Source: the human T2T-CHM13v2.0 reference genome, Homo sapiens. Taken from it: a stretch of DNA of 64,000 bases. The position numbers were made by a program, and so were the translations under genes. Location: the NCBI RefSeq assembly GCF_009914755.1, contig NC_060926.1; one strand, 5' to 3'. The notes beneath the pieces were generated by a model. That model saw only the letters and a list, made by a program, of their open reading frames with translations, was not told the DNA's origin and searched no databases. Positions 54,378-64,000 of this stretch are shown here, in pieces. How positions within the stretch are numbered: position 1 is the stretch's first letter; each line of letters opens with the position of its first letter.

Positions 54378-57249
54378 ATCACTAGGTACGTATTACTTAC
54401 TGTCACGTCACCAAAATCCTCAGAACTGCTGAGGACGAATAGGAAACTGGCTTTCCAAAGCTGAATTGCTAACTACTTTTTAATTTACAAAATGCAAATG
54501 GGGGGGCATTTTCTCCTAAATGGAAAATAATCCTACACCTGCAGTGATTTAATTCCCATTTGAAATTGCAGTTTCTGCTGCCTCCCAGATAGCTCTGCTC
54601 TGGTGTCAAAATAGTGTCTGCCATGCCTTTGGCTAATTCTGGCGCCCAAGCCATTCACGCTGGGAAGGTGCCTGCTTGTGGCTATTTGGGACATTCCCTG
54701 AAGGCTGACACACAGGGATCCCCCTCCACTCACTACTATTCTGACATGTGGAATTTATTACACTCCAATTTCTGCAAGATCTTTTGGGCTTGTCTGTTCT
54801 ATAATCCAGAACTTCCTGACCAAGACTTAATTAGAATCCTGACTCGGTTCCCCCATAAGCCTGTTTTAAATTGTGGCACTGGCTAGAGACGCTGCCTAAT
54901 CTCCCTGAGGGTCCTCTCAAGTTCACCCGAGACCCCTGGGATCAGTTCTTCTCACCACATATGTCTCAGACATCTGGGAAGGAAGGAGGTGAAGGAATCT
55001 AGGTGAGGTGTACAGTCACTGTTGCTTTGACCAGGTTGGTGTCTTTGGGGGCTGGGGATCTAGGGGGCTGAGACTCAGGGTGGTGGCAGAAAGGGTTGTC
55101 AGGATGACCCAAGGGAGGAAATAAGACTCTTGCATTGGTGTTTACTCAGGGAGTATCCTCCTAAGTAGTGAATGATCACCCTTCCCTGCTGCTTTTCTAA
55201 CTCGTCTAATTTAATATTGCCAGGATGCAATTACTTATGCGTCTGCTGATTTGGGGACTTTATTTTTTAAACATTAGCTTTTCAGACTTAGAAGCAGCTG
55301 GGCTAGTGAAAAGTCACACATTTGGGGTCAGGGAGTGGTGGAAAGAAGGTGGCGGTGGCTCACCCAGGGCCTTGTGAACAGCAGCCAGGCGAATGGAGTG
55401 GCCAAGAGCACGGATCCAGCAGATACTGCAGCTGCTCTGCAACTCAGAGCACTTTCAGAAGTTTGGGGTCCCACCCAGAGAGTGATGGGGTGGGGAAAGG
55501 GCAGAGAGATCACACAACCTGGGGATGTCCCTGTTATTTAACATCCAAACTTGATATCTTGATCTTAGAAAGTTCCTGGGCTAAGGGACTGAGAAGTCTG
55601 CATTCTTCCAGGGCCTCAGTTTCCCTTGTGCTCCAAGTGTAGAGGACAATCTCCCACTGTCATCTGGCCAGGGTGAGGGGGCACGGCAGGAACTGCAAGA
55701 GGGTCTGGCATTTTGCATATTTAGGAAGACAGGTATCATCCAAAGTAGAGTTGGAATAGGTACAAAGTGAACAAGGTGGAGAATGCCCTTCCAGAGCCAT
55801 GCAGGGGGTGGGGGAAGGCCAGGATGTACAGTGGTGCCGTGAAGGTTGAGTTATTCTGTGAGAGCTCTGCTCCCCTCTGGAACCAGGAAATGGAATTTGC
55901 CTTATAACTTAAAATCCCAGCTATACTTGGGCTGTCACTCATTTGAGGGGACCTGGTGGGACCTGACTGATGTGGGGCAAGGCAGTCCAGAGAAATCAGC
56001 CTGCCCTGTGGGACTTGTCACAAAATCCCTAAATGTCCCAAACACCAGGGCTGAGGCTGAAACAGAGCACTCAATGGGGAACTCATCACCGGATATCCCA
56101 TTCCATCCCATCTCTGGAGGGGAGAGTCATCTGGGGTAAAGTAGCCCTAGGTTGGGTTTAGAATCTGTGACCGAAAAAACTAATTTTGCTATCACGAGAG
56201 ACCCAAAAAGGACATCCATGGAGATTTCAGCCCCTGATTACAACCACTTATCGGATTATATAGAAGACCTGACATGTGAGCTGCCCCCTGGTTACCCAGT
56301 CAACAAGGAAGGGGCAGAGAGGAAGAGGGAAGATCACTAAGAGGGGAGAAGGCAGGGTAGGTTCTGTGGGGACTGTTAAGCCCCACAGCCCTTGCCCCAT
56401 TAGGAGGGGCCTCCTGGTAGACACACAGGAATCATCGAGAGACTTCTGAACCCTCAGGAAGGGCCAAAGAATGGACCAGGTCTCAGTCCTCCAGAAGCCT
56501 GAATCCAAAAGACAACCCCTGTCCTCTTCCTGGACTTCCCTTCCCAGCCAGGACCCTCTCTGACCGGATCAACAAAATGTGATTATTTTGCAAAGGTCTA
56601 AGAAATCAGATGATGAGGTTTTATAATCCCAACTTCTCCATCCTCTTCCCTTTGTGGAATGTTATGTTCATTCCAAATTAGTATCAGGAGTGGCTTTGCT
56701 GGTGGCCTATGGGACAGAAGGTCTGGCTGGTATGGAGGGGGGCTGTGAGCAAGCCACGTCTGTGACTGGGGGGCCACCTGGGTGAGGTAGAGTGTGGCCC
56801 CTCAGGATGCTGCTGTGAGTGGAACTGGAGAGGAGGCAGGGGGCTGAGGAAGGGAGCAGATCACTCCCTGAGGTCTCCACTCCTCATTCCCCTCAGCCCG
56901 GGCCTCTCTCCCAGGTCCCCTTATTCCTTGCCACTTGTGCGTTGATGATGTGAGGATGGCCAGAGGGGAGCCAGTGTGCTGGCCTCTTGTATAATCTGAT
57001 AATTGGCCATAATCTGTGTACGAAATATTTGGAGATCTGCCTCCCCATTAACTCCTGCTTGAAGAATAATCACATCTCCACATACAGGCCTTTGGGCCAA
57101 GTTCTCCCTCACATCTCTGAAGCTCCTATCACAGCTTCAGTGCTACCCAGGATTTTTGTAATTGCCCACACCCTGTTCATTTTTAACTTTTACCACACAT
57201 TTTTAAAGAAATAACCTTTAAAGAGAAGGCCTTCCATGGATGTCTTTGA

Positions 57250-57576
<327 letters not shown>

Positions 57577-58780
57577 AATAAAATTCTTAGAAGCTGACAG
57601 GAAGGGGGTCTGTTAGGCAGAGCGTGCATATGCTCCACGGGACCATAAGAGGGTCTTAGTGAGAATCCTGGGCGTGGGGATAAAACACTGTGTGTGGGGA
57701 TTTGTGTTATAGATGTAGAAGGACAGCGATGCCTTCGGTTGTCATGGAAACAGCACACGGAGGTTGTTGAGATGTGGGACAGTTGGGTGGCCGGCCTGAC
57801 ACTCTGGGGTAGCCACAGCAAGCCAAGGACGGGGTAAATGTGGAGACGCTGGTCTAGAGCCCCCTTCTCTGGGAGCTGGCCTCTGAGTCTGCTCTTAGTG
57901 TGGAAACCACTTAAGGACAGGAGGAGAACAGAAGTGAGAACCAGAGGGGCTAGGGACCCTCTCAGGTGTTCAGTGCTGGTGATGTCTGTACAAAGAGAGC
58001 TTTTCAGCCCTTCAAGAGCCCCCCAGGGCAGGAGGAAGCAGCCCGAAGCAGGACAACCCCAGTAGGTTTGAATCAGCTTGGAATAGCGTGTTGAGTTGAT
58101 GCTACATCACTGTGTTGATTTATTGATTCATTGAGGCAGGGCTGGCATTATAGGGCAGATGGACTGTAGGTGGTTCATAGTTGATATTTGAGGGGAGGGG
58201 GGTACCAAAAGAGCCCTTCTGTTCCCAATTTCCCTCCAGCACTCATCAATGTTACCATCTGAGTTTTATGCCTTTGGCTGAAACATATCCCTCCTGGGGC
58301 TCTTCCTCTCCATTGCAGGCTCTCCAGGAGGAGCCCCACATTGAATCACTGCAACCTCTTGTGGACTATTTTATCAAATGCTTTGGCAGGACCAGAGCAG
58401 CCTGGACTCTCAGGGAACCTGGCTTGGAGAGTGCGTGCTGGAAGAAGGGAGAAGGATGAAGAAATGGGAAGTGAAACTTTCCAGAGGTAAACTTTTCCAT
58501 TCTCCCAATTTGTCCATCTGTCCCTCAAGGCCCTGGTGGGTAGCAGAGATGCTGTGTGCACGGCATTGCCTACAGTTTCCGGACACTTCTCTTTTCTGCC
58601 ATGCTTGGCCAGTTCGCTCAGGAGGTTGAGGGGAGGCTGCTCTGAAAGGAGGCCGTCGCTACCCAGGATGTGTGAGCTGTGAGCTGTGACATCCAAGCAT
58701 TAGGAAGGATCTGCTGTGGTGCCTTATTCCAGATGCTGCTGCTCGTCTCTTCCTGCGCTTGGCCTGGGATGCCCTGTGAG

Positions 58781-58959
58781 TAGATTTGCCAGATTAAATG
58801 CAGGAGGCGCCATTAAACTTGAATCTCAGATCAACAGCAAGTGAATTTCTAGTATAAGTATGTCCCACATATTGCATAGAACATAATTATTGCTGTTTAT
58901 CAAAAATTTGCATTTAAGTGGGTATCCTGTATTGTCATTTGCTGAATTTGGCAACTCTA
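58781..58959. mobile_element. MER53 palindromic MITE
   Basis: tagatttgccag...tggcaactcta termini; central tagtataagtatgtccca; TSD cctgtgag/gctgtgag. Confidence 0.85.
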
Positions 58960-59763
58960 GCTGTGAGTAACTTGGAATTCCAGGGCCCTGCTTGGCCTTC
59001 CTTTCCTTCAACATGAGGCTGCCGTGAAGATAAGCAATAGTTTCTATCCTTGCCCCTCACCCCCACCATCTCCTGCTCCTTTCCCTGCCTCCTGTCTTTT
59101 TCTTCCTGTTTCCCTTCCCCCAATCTCTCTCTCCAAGAACAGAAGTTTTAGAGTCTGACACACCCAGACACAATCTTTGCCTCCCTATTTACTGCCTGCA
59201 TGATCCTAGAAAAGTAACTTTACTTATTTGAGCTTCATGTCCCTTAAGTAATATGGAAATGATAGTAAGGCCTCATGAGGCCACTGCTAGGATTAAGTGA
59301 AGTAATAGGAAAAGAAAAGGCCAATTATGGGGTTGATGTCATTAAACCAGCAAACAGCTTTTGAGCTGACAGCTCTCCACTCCAACTCAGGGATTTATGT
59401 GCACAGGTGCTGTCTGTTTTCATCCCAACCCAAGTGCACACCCTGGCACCTCTCACAGTCCCCAAAGAGGCTTTTCCTAGCACCATTTGTGAGTAGTGGA
59501 GACTGCATTACGAGAAACAGTGATACCACTTACTTTGCAACCAACCTCAAAACTCTAGGAGACTTATGTTTCCTCCATTGTCACTCTGAGGTTTCTTTAT
59601 CGCTTTTTCTCTCTTTATTAACTCTTCCCCCTTCTGCATGTGGTGGGCAGCCTCTCTCTCCTGCTCCCTCGCAGTGGTGATGCAAATCTGGCACTTCACA
59701 CTCTGCAGCCAGTTAGCAGCCAGCTTTTGCTCTTGAGTTTTCCTTTCCTGCCTCACCCTCCTC

Positions 59764-59814
59764 TTGATGTCATCTAGCCTTTTGATGTCATCTAGCCTTT
59801 TGATGTCATCTAGC
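59764..59814. repeat. 18-bp tandem repeat (TTGATGTCATCTAGCCTT) x2.8
   Basis: Exact copies read directly. Confidence 0.95.
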
Positions 59815-60139
59815 AGATTTCCTCCAAGCAGGCACAAGGCTCTCACCGAGAGGAATTCTGTGGAAGTTGATTTTCTGCTTATCCTTACTCTGTGTGATAG
59901 GGCCCAAAACACTTGGATGTAGGATACTCATTTACATTAATCCTTACAGCAACTCTGTGATGCAGGGATTGTTAGTACTCCCATTCACAGATGAGGAAAC
60001 TGGGGCTTAAAAGAACCCCTACAAATCCACAAGGAAATGATCTACAGTCCAATAGAAAAGGAATTTTCAAAAGGATCTGTAAAATATTGTACCCATCATA
60101 TAAAACTTTAAGCCTGTGAAAGCAGCATATATTTTTATA

Positions 60140-60682
60140 CAGAGGTTCCCCCAACCTTTTTGGCACCAGGGACTGGTTTCGTGGAAGACAATTTTTCCAT
60201 GGACCAGGGGGTGGGGGGATGATTCCAGCACATTATATTTATTTTGCACTTTATTTCTATTATTATGACATTGTAATAGATAATGAAATAACTATACAAC
60301 TCACCATGATGTAGAATCAGTGGGAGCCCTGAGCTTGTTTTCCTGCAACTAGATGGTCCCATCTGGGGGTGGTGGGAGACAGTGACAGATCATCAGGCAT
60401 TAGATTCTCATAAGGAGTGTGCAACCTAGATCCCTCGAATGCACAGTTCACAATAGGGTTTGAGCTCCTATGAGAATTTAATGCCGACACTGATTTGACA
60501 GGAGGCAGAGCTCAGGTGGTAATGTGGGCAATGGGGAGTGGCTATAAATACAGATGAAGCCTCACTTACTCACCCGCCACTTACCTCTTGCATGTATGAT
60601 ACTCATGTATGAACTGTGTACTCCAATTCCTAATAGGCCATGGACTGGTACTGGTCCGTGGCCTGGGAGTTGGGGACCCCTG
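60140..60682 (-). mobile_element. MER1A-like hAT-Charlie element
   Basis: cagaggttcccccaacctttttggcaccagggac ... gttggggacccctg termini; ~540 bp. Confidence 0.85.
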
Positions 60683-61368
60683 GTTTTATTATAGATACTC
60701 ACATATTCAGTAAGTGTTTTTCAAAATGCACTGGAATAATAAACACCAACTTCAAGAAACTGGTTACCTTTGGAGAGGAAGGAAGGGGAAGAGAAGAGGA
60801 TTGTTTTAGCTAATTGTTAACCTTTCAATTCTTCTTTCAAAAAAGGGTGATAGGAAGTAACTATAATGCAATGTTTATGTCTTTAATGCTAGTGGAAAAT
60901 ACATGAGTACCTCATATATAAATGTAAAGATTATATATAAATACTTGTTACATAGTTCTCTGAAATATTTTGTCAATAAACTGAGACATTTTAAGAAAAA
61001 AGAGATTAAATAACCTCTTAAGATCACCCAGCTGGGAAGAGGCAGATTTCAAGGGTTAGATTTGAACTCAAGTCCATCAGACCCCAGAGATAAACTCATA
61101 ACCACACACCTTATGTCTCCCTTAATTTATTGACATAAGTATTCAATTAATGGTCTTTCTCTTTGTGTCTCATCTGAGAGTTTATAAACAAGAGTAGAAG
61201 TGAGTCCCTGGGACCCAGTGTTCCCCACAGGCCCTGCTGGTGTCAAGCAGTTTTGCTCAGGCAGTCCTCAGCAGTTTCCTGGGTTCTGTCCATTCATGTA
61301 CAGAAGAAGACTCAGGCCTGCCCCCAGGGTTCACTGACACCATAGGGTCCATCAGAAGACAATGCAAC

Positions 61369-61728
<360 letters not shown>

Positions 61729-63379
61729 TCAACAGGCCTGGTGTGAAGACAATGGCCTAGGGTCGTGCAGAGGCATGGGCTCCATATGGGTCCTTTTAGA
61801 CTTTGTGGAGCCACCCAGGAAGCTTCCAGAAATTTTGTTTTCTGAGTCCTCATTGAAAGAGTATTTCCTCCTCCTTGTCTTCCCCTCAAAATAGCACCCA
61901 CCAACCATTCCTATCATCCTTGTCCTCTCAGAAGAGTGGGGAACCAAACGGGAAAGGGGGCTCCTGCCAGTGCACACAGACCCTGGGCATGGTGTACATA
62001 CAAAGCCCTCCTCCCACCACACCCTACCTCGAAGGCCATGATGGCCAGGCCCAGGGCAGATGGGAGTCAGTGCTCCTGCCCCTAAGCCCTTACTCTCCCC
62101 GGCACCCATGTGCCTCTCACTTCCAGAAATGCCTTCTCTTTTGTCTCCTTTGTTCTATCCATCTTTTAAGGCCTATTTAAAAGCCCACCTCCTCTAGGAA
62201 GCCTGCCCCGATTCTTAGCCCACAGTGGCCTCTCACCTCAGAACTCCCACAGTATTTGCTATTCGGAGCTCTCGAAAGCTCCTGATGCATTGCTGGGTTC
62301 CGTACTCTTTCCCCTCTGCTAGTTTGACCTGTGCGTGACTGCAGCTCAAGGCCTGAGCTTCATTTGTTCTTTCCCATGGTACTTGGCATGCCGGGCACAC
62401 TGTAAGCGTTCAATAAGTCTTTGCAAATAAACCGATGAAGGAAGAAACGAATAAAGCATATTTGAAGAAGCTCTGAGAAGTTATTCCTAATGAAGGAGAC
62501 AGCCCCAAACCAGGTCAGGTGAAAGTCAGCCCATCCCAGTCTGGCTTCCAGGAAGACCTTGGACACCCTCTGCCTGGGGGAGGAGCTGCTGGCCTTGGAG
62601 GGGCAGGAGAGAGAGAGAGGGAGGCGCAGTGACCAGACTGGATGCGGATGTAGTAGGTGCAGGGGTCACTTGGGGGGGTTGAGGGGAGACCTTGTCCTTG
62701 ACCTCCCCTCATTATATTTTTGTTTATTTTTCTGTTTTTGCCCAATTACCTCAGACAATGCCCCATACTGGCTAAGAAATGTGAAAACAGCTGAAGAAGA
62801 AATAAAGCAAAAGAGAAAAACAAGGAAAAAAGGGTAAACAAAGAGAGAATTCACCTTTCACTCGCCTGCAAAGTCCTCGGTTGGAGAATGAAGTTAAGAC
62901 ACAAAAGCTTAGCAACAACAACATTGTGGGGGAAGGCACGAGAGGGAAGCCGAACAGCCATTAAAGCAATTAAGAAAAGATTAAGGTCGCTGGTGGTGGA
63001 GAGAGAGAGAGACCCATTAATCAATAGGCCAGAAATCGCAGCAGGCTACAAAATTATAAAACTAGGCAAACTGGAGAACCACAGAGGCTCACCTCAACCA
63101 AGATGCCTGAGTAACTCAAAAACAGAAACATTATATTCATTTCTCAAGCTTGGGGAAAAAAAAACAGGTCTTAGAAGAACTCTTTCCTTTTAATCAGCTA
63201 ATGGAGACTTCCTGAGGTGGGGGTGAGATCCATGTTGATTTCAAGGCAAATTCTAAAGCATCAAGGTCTAAAGAAAAATTTGTAATAATGAGTGATAAAC
63301 AATGTTAGTGGGCTGAGGGGATATCATAGCAGAAAGCTGTGCGGTAATCTTAGGCAGGGTCCTAAAATGCCCTAGGGTA

Positions 63380-63964
63380 GGTTACATTATTGTTCACAAA
63401 TATTTGCTGCCCCTGCCTGGGGAAGACATACATCCCAGCCCCACTGACAGCCCGCTTGGCTCTCTGACTTGCTTTGGCCAATGCAGTACGTGTCCCTTCC
63501 AGGCGGAAGCTTTAAGAGCCAGGGGCACATGGTTTGCCATATGCTTTTTGTCCCTTTGCAATAATAGCACAGCAATATTCTAGATCCAACTTGTCCAACC
63601 TGCGGCTGGCTGGCCACCTGTGACCAGCTTTGAATGCAGCCCAACACAAATTCATAAACTTTCTTAACACATTATGAGATTTTTGTGTGTGTGTGATTTT
63701 TTTTTTCTTTTCCCTCATCAGCTCTCGTTAGTGTTAGCATATTTTGTGTGGCCCAAGACAATTCTTCTTCTTCCAATGTGACCCAGGGAAGCCAAAAGAT
63801 TGGACAATGCTGTTCGAGATAGATTCCCCAGACTGAAACTAAATGGGGCAAAGGCTCAGCCGACAGGCAGAGGACCTGTAACCTGAGCAAGAAATAAATT
63901 TTGTTGGCTTAGTACTGAGAAATGGGGGAGGAGTGTTTGTTCCACAACCTATCCTGATTAATAC
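63380..63964 (+). mobile_element. MLT1-family LTR interrupted by MER30
   Basis: gacttgctttggccaatg, gaagctttaagagccag, agcaagaaataaat...tcctgattaataca. Confidence 0.7.
63586..63812 (-). mobile_element. MER30 (hAT-Charlie)
   Basis: ccaagacaattcttcttcttccaatgtgacccagggaagccaaaagattggaca; 8-bp TSD ttctagat/ttcgagat. Confidence 0.88.
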
Positions 63965-64000
63965 ATTTCCCTGTGACATGTCACTGCCACACAGAACCTT

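Overview
Human/primate genomic DNA (Alu, L1, L2, MIR, Tigger1, MER and MaLR elements), not prokaryotic. The only supportable protein-coding sequence is the last two exons of CAMKMT (calmodulin-lysine N-methyltransferase, + strand): 7756-7887 and 13358-13435, followed by a ~470-nt 3' UTR and AATAAA signals at ~13881-13890. From recall (not visible in the window), CAMKMT lies at 2p21 and the intergenic interval 3' of it leads towards SIX3/SIX2. The remaining ~50 kb has no credible gene. It holds two long blocks with no recognisable Alu or L1 (~6.6-21.4 kb and ~41.1-49.4 kb), two orphan CpG islands (~9.65-10.4 kb and ~42.7-44.6 kb) and several homeodomain/SOX/POU-motif-rich segments, which together resemble a long-range developmental enhancer landscape. 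I found no convincing new biological system. The best unexplained observations are: a 124-bp near-identical copy inserted 2.1 kb away into an MLT1 LTR; two further short local duplications; three MER53 hairpin elements within 22 kb; a YY1 + CTCF-like + CpG-intact 9-mer repeat cluster; and a strong-Kozak 105-codon ORF overlapping the CAMKMT stop codon. Repeat subfamily calls are from memory of the consensus sequences and need RepeatMasker/Dfam confirmation.
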